Source of the DNA: Takakia lepidozioides
Lineage: Eukaryota > Plantae > Bryophyta
NCBI GenBank assembly: GCA_030704615.1
Contig: CM060734.1
Location: 28,520,001-28,584,000 of the forward strand
Length of the DNA stretch: 64,000 bases
Reading direction: 5' to 3'
A program made the translations under genes and the position numbers. Below, in pieces: positions 48,891 through 61,000 of this stretch (position 1 is the first letter of the stretch; each line of letters begins with the position of its first letter). The notes beneath the pieces were generated by a model. That model did no database searches and was not told the origin of the DNA. It worked only from the letters and a program-made list of their open reading frames with translations.

Positions 48891-51327
48891 CCGGATTTTT
48901 CCATCTTGGGAGCCACTGTAAAGAGTTTCCCCCACCAAAGCCAGGGTGGTGACTTTGCTCCCACAATTGAGGATTGCTATTTTCGACACTCTCTCCCGTA
49001 GCCATACCTTCATCAAATGAGACCAAAAATTAGATCCTGCCAACAGAAGGATAAAATCTGCTCGACTAGAGGCACCTACTGTCTCCAAGAGAAGGCTTTT
49101 TCCCTTCCAACTTTTGAATTGCCTACACAGTTGAACGATATTGACGGATTTGGGCATGCTAACCATCTGCTTATGGTGCACATTCTGACCTGCAAATCCA
49201 GAGGAATTCCCTGTCCTATCCATGTGTCCCTCTCCTGGAAACTATCAGTTACAGGACCCCTCCCTCCTCCCCCCACTACTTTCTGCTCTGACCACTTGGT
49301 TTTGGCAAGTCTGGTCCATTGAGTACATCTTTCTCTCCTTCCCACCTTCGACACTTCCTCCAAAGAAAAGTAGAGGAAAGAGGGTTGTCAAACCTCAATG
49401 GTCCCTGCAGGTGAGCGGGATGCAAGGTATATGAAGTCCTCGCTGACCACCATGGCTCGTACATCTGCTTGTGTCGGAATTGCCATAAGAAGTGTTCTAG
49501 TTGATCGTTGCCAAACCTTTAACAGAGAGAACAATGTGTAGAGCTCAATACATTTTTACAAGCATTTCTGAAACTCAATTGAACATCAGTATCATCTTTC
49601 CACTCGCAAAAACCTCCTCTAAATTTCAGGCATTTATGCTTTCACCGGTCTCAAAACTACACAAGGTTTTCACGCAGCATAACTCACCATAACTTGAGCT
49701 TAAGAGCAAGCAATATTCAGCTATACAAATTATCCTACACTAATCAGACTTTTTTGGTGTTTTAATGTTAAAGGTTTGAAAGCTGAAAGGTAGGTAACCT
49801 TGGCGCTGCCACCCTCGACAAAGGCCCCAGCTGTGAACAGCAAGTCCTGGTATACTTGCATAGAATATATAGGCTTCTTCGATCGCATCAACTTTAGCCC
49901 TCCCTGTATTGTCACTATCGCACCTGTCACTGCATTTATTTCCTGTCACAGTAAATTGATGAAGGCCTTTGAGTTCAAGCTCGCATTGGAATGATTTAAA
50001 CTCTTCATCTCTCCTTCTCTGCTGCCTATACCCTTATCAACACTAAACCCGAAATTGTCCAGTGTTTGTGAAGTGGGGGATAACAGCCCTACATCTGGTT
50101 ATTGTTCAAAGGTAGACTCCCCACCCTGACTTTAAATTTAGTGCCGAGGGTAGGTAGGCTCTTTAGATCATCCTCAAGGTCCTCACCCATGTCACAAACT
50201 GAAAACAAGTTCAGGGAAGTTTTATGCCTATGTTCTTCTTGTTCAAAACATTCTTCATGCTCCCCAACATCGCCGTAGACACTTCAGCCTCCAAGTCAGC
50301 TTCGTCTAGCAGGGTTAGTTCTTCCTCCCTAATATTCAGGTACTTGAAAATCTCCTCTACCTGGACTTGGCCTGTTTAACAGGATGGTCTTGCTACCGAG
50401 AAATAGAGTCAATCATCTTAGGGTGTCTAGTATTAGGCATGTGATTCAACTGACCCCACCATCTGACCTTGAATTCATCATGTCGAGAACTCAAGGGTGG
50501 TACGCCAAACTCTCCCTGAACACAACAGGAGTAGAGCACGCTGACTTGCTCTCTTTGAGCACCATGAATGGGTTCTAAGGTTTTAGCATGGTTGGAGTTG
50601 CCAGGAACATGTATACTCCAAGGTAGGCCTAATAACATGGCAAAGCATGATCCTATTTACTTGACTATTAATACCTTTGCAGTCGGAAACCGCTTTGCCT
50701 TCAGCTGTTTGAACCACTTTTTATAAACGTGCATCCCAGTTACAACTGGAGGAAAACTCAACACCAAGATATGTGTAGGAAGGGAACACAAGGATCTCCT
50801 CACTGCCCCATGTCCATTTGAGATCCCTTCCCTCCCCACGATCAATGAAGGCCACCACCGCACATTTACTAACACTGCCTTCTAGCCTCCACAGGTCAAA
50901 GTACCTCTTCACACAATCAATCTACTCCTGAAGCTTGGATGGGGTCTCCTCTAGGCCCGCGAAGACATCCGCAAATATAAAAGCTGGTATGGTGATATCA
51001 CCCACCTTTAACCCAAATCCTCACTTTCCACATCATCATAGAGCTGATTAATGAAAACATTGAAGAGCAATGGGGAGAGGGTGCCACCTAGAGCTACACC
51101 ATGGTCAAAGAAATTAGACTTCTGGCCATTGACCATTACGCAACTTTTGGTGTTCCCAAATAGATTGTGAACCATCCTCCACATCACAAAGGTGGGTTTT
51201 CATTCTTTATTCCCTCCCAGAATAGTCTGGCTTAGGATGAAGATATGGTCGATACAACCCCTATTTCTCTGGAAGCCTGCCTGACCTTCACTGACAGAGA
51301 GAAATGAAATGAAATGAAATGGTGCTT

Positions 51328-51365
<38 letters not shown>

Positions 51366-54300
51366 TTCATTCCACCCACTGGAGGACAAAAGGGCAGAAC
51401 CTGGATGCCATTGTCAGTGCAGCCACAGTAGATAGTATCATCAAAAAAGATTATGCTCTGCACGTGCTTGTTGCTATTCAGCACCTTGCTGGTTCCAGCT
51501 GCCTCATCCAGCAGCTGCTTCCCCCCAACCAAGTCCATTGACTTCTGTCAGTCACAGTAGCTATTATGGACATCTACATGTAATCCTCCAAATAAGTTCA
51601 CTTACTCTTGACCACATCTGTGGGTAGACATGTTCCCGGGATAAGGGCTATTACTTAGGCCAATGGCATTCACGTCAGGTAGGTAAACCTCGCTTGAATG
51701 AAAGTTCACTTTTTTAATTGACCTGAGAATATACCATGAAGAAATTGCGGTGATGTGCAAAATTGCTACCCTCCAACTTGAAACATCTAAATAAAGAACA
51801 ATTCTCTTCTTCAAGTGGAGATACAGGTGCATCCATTTAAACGAACCCTAGTCAATGTAAGTCAATGTTCCACCAAACCACTTATTTCTAAGCTTGAGTA
51901 GTCACGCACCTTTACACCAGCACCCTGGGGAAGAACACAAGTGTAACAACTGTTCACAGCGAGTGCTACCACTGGCTCCTTCACATCCACTGTGCGGGCA
52001 ACCTTTATGGCCTCATCTTCCAGTGCCCAAACCTGCAGCAACCCAATTATGTCAAGTTTATGTAGTACGTTAACAAAGAAATAGAAAGAGAACTTAAAAA
52101 GGAACTCCGTTGTCTTTTGAGGTCACTACACATCAAACAAAAGGAAACTGGGAAAGATGGTTCGGGTCGGAGCGGTACTCGAATCGTCTTGTCAGCAGAC
52201 CCACTGAACAGTTGAGTGGCTGATTGCCGCAAGGCCAAGCACAAGACAGGCTTCAGGTGCGCCTTCAGTTCCTTGACAAGCTGTGGTACCCGCCTCCTCA
52301 CATCCCACACCTTTGTCCCACACAAATGCAAGTGAAGCTAACATCAGACACCGAGCCTTAATGAGCAAGGTGCCTCCCAAAACCTCGCGTCTACAGTGAC
52401 ATGCCAAATTGTAAAACTGTGTACTTTACACTATTCTAAATGAATCAGCGAGTTGTCGCAGGTAGTCAGCAACATCCTTCTAGACACAAGAATGAAATGG
52501 TACTTTCTAGCATCCGCAGAAAGCTCAAAGAGAGAGGAAGCAAGAGAGCAATGAGATATATGGAGAGAACTGCTAAACGTACACCTTCATTTTTATTTAT
52601 GTTTGGTTCCAGAAAAGTCAAGAGCTATGATTGACAGGGACAAAGCAGACACCTTGATAGAACCATCCATATGGGCACTGTAGAGATGGCTTCTAGCAAA
52701 GAGTAAGGCCCGTGTTTCTCCACTCAGGCTAGTATCCATGACGTGAATCTCCTCATGTGCCCACACCTCCGGGTTCTGCAGAATCTTACAAGGTTTAGCT
52801 AACAGCACAAATATCTACTTCAAGCCTGCACAACCACATCAGAATCAAATCCTGACTCTACTGCCCACTCAACCAGAAACACAGACTAGTCATAAACCAA
52901 CAACCGTAGCTCAATTCGGAATATCCTTGGTGTACTGTCGAGTTGAGATAAAGGCTCATTACTCAAGGCTCTTGATAATGTAGACTTTGAGGTAGAGTTG
53001 AAGGGGTCTAAAGGTGATTGCAGGGTAAACCAGCCACATATACTTCTGCCCAGCTCACTTAACCATGACTCTTTGTCAGAGCCAAACAGCACAAAGCAGT
53101 CAAATTGGATTGAGAACTCAGAACCTGCAAGCCTGTGGTGACAGTCCATTGAAGTCCAGTACCTTGATAAATGTAGCATTTTCTCTATGTGTTGATTCTA
53201 TATCATCCTGTTGCATGATTATCATGATTCTGCTCCAAAATGTCAAAGAAAGCTTCAAATCAAAGCACACCACTTCCAAGGAAAATAAATGGTGCACGAG
53301 ACATACTGAGCTCATTGAGGGGCTATTTACAAGGGTGTTGAGTAATTCTTTGGCTGTCCATGTCACTCGCTTAAATGGCCGTAGGGGCCCAATCAACTCT
53401 TTTGAGTAGTTTGTCAACTGTTGCACCCCCACTGCACAAGATCTTAGATAGGTCAGGACCATAGACCCTCGAATCTCCACTACTAGACAGCCAGAAAATT
53501 TTGAGTTTAATGTAATGACAACTAATTTCAGCAGCTGCAGCCCTGGAAATAAAACAGCACAGCTGATTATCTGCTCTGGTCCCTACCAGAGAAGCCTGCT
53601 TGACTACATACACAACACTATTGCCTGTATCTTTCCTGCTGAACAAACCTCTGAACAGGCTAAAACCCTTGGATTATTGGAGCACAAAAAAAGGATGTTA
53701 ACTATGCATGTTAGAGAGTTCATGGTGTATTGAGGAAAAGCTGCAACTATAAACTACAGAGCTTGACCTCAGCTCAAAAAAATTCTGAGTCTCTTAGGTT
53801 CACTCACCAGGATCAGAAAGAAAGCTATTCAATGCAAGTGCTGCCAGTACTCTCTCCTCAGTTTCCTTTGCAGTCTGGACAACAGAAACCAGGGCTGGCA
53901 AGCAAGAGTCACGTGCCACAGCTTGCAACCCCGTGTCAGGCATACGAGCAATCAAAGTTAGGAACCAGGTTGCAGCAACTAGACAAAGTCTCGCCACTTC
54001 AGGTTCAGGGCTTCGCAGCACCTTCCCAAAGGCCTCGAGCACTTCTTTTCCATTTGACCCTAGGATGGCACGTGATACTCGGTCATCCCAATCGGAGGCC
54101 ATCTTCTCTTCCTCTTCCTGCGAAAGACAACATGGTGTTGTTCAAGCAATAAATTCTTTGAGCTTATCGGGGGTTGATCCCTCAAATGAGCCTTACAGCA
54201 AACATATATCCAGGAAATAATCTTCTTAACAGACAGAATAGAGCATAAAAAAGGTTAATGCTGGTACCTTTCCAAAAAAGGGGTCAATCTAGCTGAAAAT

Positions 54301-57300
54301 GCTGACAGTGATGTCCTCAAGGTAGGTTGGCCATCAAAGACCCTTTGCCAGTTTAGGAAAGTGGCAAGAGGAGCTAGAGCTACAGAAGGAGTGCAGCATC
54401 GGGGCAGTAACACCATGGAATATTTTGCGCAAGTAGTAAGCCTATCATTGAACAAGAAGTTGATTCTGACCTTGCAGGAAAGCTCTCAACTATGGAATTG
54501 TACAAATATGGAAACCATAAGTAAAGTCCCAAGCAGGGTCACAACATCCATCATTGCCTTCACCTTTTTGAACTGAGTGAAAACAGTTGCAGTGGATGTC
54601 TTTTGATCAAAAAGAGGGCTTTCCCTCAAGAAGGCTGTTGATTAGAAGGCATCAGGAATGCATGCTACCTCACTGTCAGGCACATGGGTTCCCTGTTCCC
54701 AAGTAGTTTGACTTCAGAGGTAACTTACTGAGTGTGAAATTCAGCCTAGTGTGTCCAGCCTCGAGAGACCCTCATAGTAGTCCCTGAGTCCCACTTGTTC
54801 CTCAAAGGCAGTGTCCTTGCTTTAGAAGCCAAAGACAAAAGAAGAAGAAAAGACAACAATAGTCCAGACCAATAAATAGTACTGGGCAGGCAGGCAGGAC
54901 ATCAGCATCTACAAACAGCTACCAAAAACGAAATGAATGCCCATACCTGATTGGGCACCATGTCTTCAGACCAAGGGCCCTGATCTTCCTTCATGTACCG
55001 GTTGAAAGATTCTTCCAGGTCTGCAGTCTTGAGGAGCCAGGCCTCCACCAATGACCTCCCTGAGTATGAAAACCGTCCCCCTAAAGAGGCAAACACTTTC
55101 ACAGCTGCAAGTTGTGCCTTGCTATGGTCCTCCGAGCTGAGCCCAGTTACCAATGCATCCAAAGCCTCTTCTCTGTACACACTGTGGCGCCGTGGTTCCA
55201 CCTGCAGAAAAATGGAAGTCAGCAAATTTCCTTAAAAAACTCATCCCCCTCGTTTCTTACCAGCACCTTACCAAATTCATGAGAGCTCTAGAGTTAGAGA
55301 AGGATTCCGATTTTTTGAGACTTTATGAAAAGCTCTCATTTGGTCCTCCAAACTGCCAGTGAGCATACAAAGTTTTTCTTCTTTCTTAAAAAAACCAAGT
55401 CTCCGTACGGAAGAGAGAGCTGGATGCATTGCCATCTAGTGACAATCTCGCCTGCATGGGAAAGGGGGATGATGATCTATCCCTTGTGCTTTGCATGAGG
55501 TAGCCTTATGGCCAGGGACCCTCCGGCAGACATAATGAATTTCTTTCTCTGGCCTTCTTGAGAGGTCTGTAGATGAGTAAAAAAGCTGACTCCAGCACAC
55601 AGCTTCTTCACAATCTGTGATGAGTAGCTTGGACCTAAGGACCACATAAAGGGCCTCGATATGCTGGACACTTGGCTGAAGCTAGAAATCGGAAGAAGCT
55701 TCTGACACAAGTCTGTGGCTGTGAATTCCAAGGTGAACCAATACATGGGTGAAAGATTTTGTAAGAATTAATAGGAAGGCCAGAATCAAGTTTGTTCATT
55801 AAGGGGCATCCTTGCATGCGATGGGAATTGGTCCGTAATGCAGATCCGCCTGCCGACTTTTCTGCAGCAGGGCCTATGAGGGACAACGCAGCTCAGCAAG
55901 TTAAGTCCCATGAGTTCTCTTCGAGTGGACATAATAATGTTTCCTCTTTTCTTCTGCTGAGAGGGAGAGGAGAATGGACTTACCAGAAGGTCAAGCTGAA
56001 GTAGGAGGCCAGCTATCAAAGGCCGTTGCTCCAAGGGTGCTATTTGGAGGTCAACCATCAATACATGCATGCTGTTGAGCAATCCCTCCCTCATTACTGG
56101 ACGCAGTATCTTCTCTATTGCTTCTCGCCTGCAATACCTCATACAAATACATTTAAAAGTTACCTACAGTATGTGTACAAAAATAGCAGCCATGCCAATA
56201 ACAGATGTGCAGACTTAACCTTCATTCTTTTCCCTTTGGCTCACCTCCCAAATATGTCTCCCTCATCTGCTTGGTGTAGATGTCTTCTCTCTAAGTAAGC
56301 TTTTGCAAGTCAAAATGTTTTTTGGTCCTCAACAAGAATTCTTAACTGAGTTTAATGGCAGCACACCTGTTTAGACGGATAAGCTCTGAAAAAAATGCAA
56401 CGGCCACCGTCCGTGATTGTCCCTTGCAATTGTGTAGCATATCCACCATTGGAGCCAGCTTTGCACTATATGCAACAGAATACCGGCAGCCCCCATCCAC
56501 TTTCATGCAGCACCAAAGCACAATTGCTGCACCTATCCTCTCTTCAAAGACCTTCATAGTTGCAGATCACAACAAAAGCATTTTAGTAACCAATGTACAA
56601 CAGGGGAATCTTCACCAGGGGTTTGCTTTCCTAAAATGGCTTGCAAAAGTCCTACATGTCGGGAGCAGTGCTGATCTAATTTAAATGGCTCACACTAAAC
56701 ACAGATGACACCAAGGTATGACTAGCATGTGCAGTTTACTTTTGGTGGCAGGTGTCATGACTATTCAGTAATATGATTGTTTCAAAATAACTTTTGAGCA
56801 ATCTGACGAGTTAGGTCAAATGGAGATGAGTACACATGTAGGAATTCATCTCAGCCCAACATTCTTTTACCTTAGAATCCAGCCTGCCAATCAGGAAAGG
56901 GACAGCTCCCAAACTAACGACGGCCTCTGCATGTGCCTTGTTGGTTGCAGGGTCGCAAGCTGTCAACAGTTGCTCCAGCAGCAGCACTGCAGCAGCTTTA
57001 GGGCTCCAAGAGATCTGAAACCCTCCTGCTTCAAAGAGTTGGGTCTCCTGGAATAGACTGACAAGAGAAGGTATCACCTCTGTGGCTGCAAGCTCTGTGG
57101 CACCTGCCTTCAGCAAGTACAGCAACACTGCTGCATGTGGCACGCGCCCGATTTGGAGCACATTCACTATGGTCTCCAGAGAGGGGTCAGTTCGCAAAAC
57201 AGCATGCCTCGCAAGCTCGTCCTTAAATATTAGCTCAGAAAGTAGACATACAGTGGCCCTTAAGATCTCATCAACCACGGAGTTAGAAAGAACTTCCATT

Positions 57301-57986
57301 AGGCCATCAACAACTGCCACCTTGGAGAGGCTAGCCTCAACTGCAGGATCACCCTTGGTCTCAAGCCAAATATGGACAATTTGGCGTACAGCCATCTCAC
57401 ACTCACTCAATTCCTCTGCAGTGCAAAGTGCTGCGATTGCTGGCTTCAGCTCTCTCATCAAGCTTTCCACAGCTTCAGCACTCAAATGGTTCGTAGACAG
57501 TGTGCTGGTTCCTCTTGGACTGAATCTGCGGCTCAGCCTTCGCTTCAGGCGTGGGCTGCCAACCTCACTGATCCGTGGGGATGATACTCGATCAATGAGA
57601 CCACGCGGGGTACCAGTCGCAGAGGATATGCAGGAGGGATACCCACTCTGGGAAGCAAACTCCAAATGCTCTTCCTTCCAAGTATCCACAAGCCTTTTCA
57701 ACACATAATTAGTCCTTGGAAGTATCAGGCTGGTAAGAGGTTGGTGTGTTATAGGGCATGATGTGTTGCCCCGGTCAAGCCACTCTTGAATTGCCAGCCG
57801 TTCATAGGTTTGCCCAGTCTCTAGTGTGACAGGCTCATCAAAGTGCTGATCAGTGATAGGGCAGACAAAGTGCTTTGGTCGATGAGAGGCTTGCTGTGAA
57901 TACCACTTAGGCAAACCCGACAGAGACAGGCGTGTTAGTTGAGACCTGCTGATGCCCCAGCTGCTCTCTGTGTTTACAGGGGATCC
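48891..57986 (-). CDS. LIN: U-box / ARM / WD40 E3 ubiquitin ligase, LIN/CERBERUS family (core exons)
   Basis: Approximate exons 56871-57986 (U-box PKHFVCPIT..VTLETGQTYER..CPIT + ARM), 56366-56549, 55984-56128, 54947-55201 (VEPRRHSVYREEA, GRFSYSG..AWLLK), 53808-54119, 53307-53431, 52652-52776, 52180-52311, 51910-52032, 51401-51514, 49799-49942, 49394-49516, 48891-49007 (WD40s); mostly clear GT-AG boundaries; last coding exon not fixed; family-level call, orthology untested. Confidence 0.85.
50100..51295 (-). mobile_element. Intronic LINE RT fragment
   Basis: SEGQAGFQRNRGCIDHIF, GGTLSPLLFNVFI, FADV (YADD position), YTYLGV; shares sequence with 62696-62960. Confidence 0.85.
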
Positions 57987-58069
57987 TGCACTGAACAATA
58001 CAGAAAGACAGCAAAGCATTTAGATTGTAGCTGGTCCTTAGGCAGGAATGACTTCCTGCATTTTCCAGA

Positions 58070-61000
58070 TCATTGAGCCAAAAGAAGATTGCTCTCTCTG
58101 TACGGGTAGCTGAGAGGACTTTCTGTGTTGTTGATGCTGGAAATCCCCTTTGGTCGAAGGCCCTTTGGGCTTCCTGTGAACGTTATAAAGGTTCTTTCTT
58201 TCCACTGCCACAAGATCCAGAAGGTCTAGAAGATGTCTTCCAAACATGATCACAACAAGCTAGAGCTGGTGGAACTCCATGTTAAGCAACCTGGAGACCC
58301 AAGAATCTTACAATAAGCTGCAGCTCTAGCATGACACCTTGTCCCAGTGGAATCATACAGCCCAATTACTAGTCTTCAACTCTATCTGCCTCACTCTTCG
58401 GAGCACTCTCTTTCCTGTTGCTTTCTTCCTCGTCCCATAAGCTCTTTGCTTCCCGCAGAAGTTATGAAGTACCATTTCATTTCCCGATCACTTCAGTGAT
58501 CTTGCTTATGTGATCTGTTGTCTGTGGTTCATTGTCGTTCTGTTTGTCCCCGGGCCCCCACACCAGTGATCTCTGTATGATGGACGTTATACAGTGCCTT
58601 TCATTTCATTTGTCTACTGCTGTCTCTTCTGGCAGCTCACCTAATGAGGCCCTTTCCCTTTGTCTCCAGGGATTCTTCTCACATGGTTTCTTGTCCGTGG
58701 CCCTTGAGGCCCCTTGTGGATGTTATAGAAGACTCATTCTTTGTTTTCTACCAGTGTGCCTTTCGAGACACAATATGACCAACAGGGGGTCACATCTACA
58801 GTCAACTTGGCTGCATTGAACTTTTGGTACTATTGCATGATTCTACCACCCCTCATACACTTTACTGACTGGTAACCATATTGCTGTTGGCTGCATGAGA
58901 AATTTTGGGCTCAGTTCCAGGCATGCAACCCCACAACCCACTCAAGGACGGCTAATACCTTATGGGGAATATGTCTTAAGCCAACGTTTGCAGGGCATAC
59001 ACACATGTGCTTCTACACCCAACTGAGACACTAAGACAAAATACAAGCATTATTCAGGTCAAAAGTGTGAGAAAGAACCTGAAGTCTGAAGAGTTGGCAA
59101 GAAAAGTAGAACTAGATATAGCAGGGTCATGCTCAATTCTCCTTTCCAGGGCCTGCCTCGCAGCCATGGCACTGATTGAACCCACCTATGTCATAACATG
59201 TGCCACAAGAAGAATAGACAAGACACCTTGGATCACATCACTGGGAAAACTCCTTATAACCAAAAGTGTTATCTAGAACTCTTTCAAACTAAGCAGGAGG
59301 TCAAGAGCAATAACCAAGCAACTTTTGATTCACACCCACGTGTCAATCTCTGCATCTTTTGAGCATTTCTTGTGGAGGTCAGGGGCATGCCCTTCCTCAC
59401 GTGGGTCATCCAGACAAACTACAGTGGAACTACCAAGCCATGACCAAAAGGCTGTTCAGCACATGCTGACCAAACTCTTGTATCTGTGCATGTGATATTG
59501 ACCATTGGGCAGTGAATGAGGAGAGCACCTCTATCTCAATACTTGAATCACTTGAAGAGGGAACACTTATAACCAAATCACAACGATTAGGACCCCTTGG
59601 AATCCCTGCAACAGCCTGCAACTTCTGCCTTCTATCCTCAGTGGCTTTGACAATGGTACTCCCATCCTCATAAGAAGATGTAGACGAAGGTGATGAAATG
59701 GCAGCCTGGGGAGAATCTGCACCAAAATTACGGTTGTTTGGAACTGCTTGGACTGGCCCAAGAGCCTTCCATCCTGCTTGCTGTGCTGCCTTCCCAAGAC
59801 CACTGAACTTTGTGGAAGCAAAGCACCCATGCTCTGTAGAATTACAGGGAGCAGATGAAGGACCAACAACTTCACCTCTGGTATCAAGATCCCTTGAGAC
59901 TGGTTGATGGGCAACTTCCATGAGCTCACTAAGAATTTCTGTACCAGCCTCAGAAGAAATGGCCCCAGAATCAGACTTGAAAGGAACCAATTGAGCAGTA
60001 GATGAAATTTTCTGGTCTGGTTGTTGAGCATCCTCTACTAGATCATTGAGCTTCCTTGGGATGATGTCCTGGCTGTCTGGAAGAGGAGAGGAAGAGGATG
60101 ATGTATCTGCAGTTAGTGAGAAAGAAGCAGCCCCAGAATCAGCCTCTCCTGAGACAGGGACTTCCGAAATCCGCTGGATCTCAACAAGCTCACTAAGCTC
60201 TTCTACAGTGATTCCCTGACAGTCCCTGCTTGTGATCATTCTTACGAAACAGTCTTTTTCCCCTGAGCTTAGCCTCCCTGAACGAAATTCCTTCCATATT
60301 TGTAAAAGCTGCCGTTGCGTAATTTCTTCGCCATCAATAGTAAGTCCTGTTCCTCTCTCTGCCTCTGCAGATCCAGGAGGACTAGTGCCCTCTTCAGCCC
60401 CCACACTCTGTTGCTTGACACATTGCTGCAGGATCACATCCCACCAGAGTCTTCAGCATAGCACTGTTGCATCCTTATTGGTATGTACAGCAGAAAGAAG
60501 ATAGAAAGAAGACAATCAAGTACAGCTGGGGAGAGCCAAAGGGCTCAAGGGACATACAACAGAATGTACTCATAAGACGCGTTGTTTGCCGTAGCCTTGT
60601 GGTCATTGACCCCGCGCCCAGTTTGAGCAGAACACAAAGGGACAGAAACTACTTTTGTCAGGGGCTGATGCCGGTAGTATGACTTGTTGGAAAACCACTG
60701 GCATGTGGTCAGGCTAGGGATTGAACCTAGGACCTCCCCCTTTCCGGTGGGGTGCTCTACCACTGAGCTACCCGTCCCGTTTTGTTCTCAAAGTGCCGTG
60801 GCTATAACCTTGACACTCCAACACTCCCCCTCAAGGCATAGCCCTTATAGCTAATGCCCACCCATTCTGACCACCGCCCCAACCTTGGCTCTGATACCAT
60901 GTTGGAAAACCACTGGCGTGTGGTCAGGCTAGGGATTGAACCTAGGACCTCCCCCATTCCGGTGGGGTGCTCTACCACTGAGCTACCCGTCCCGTTCTGT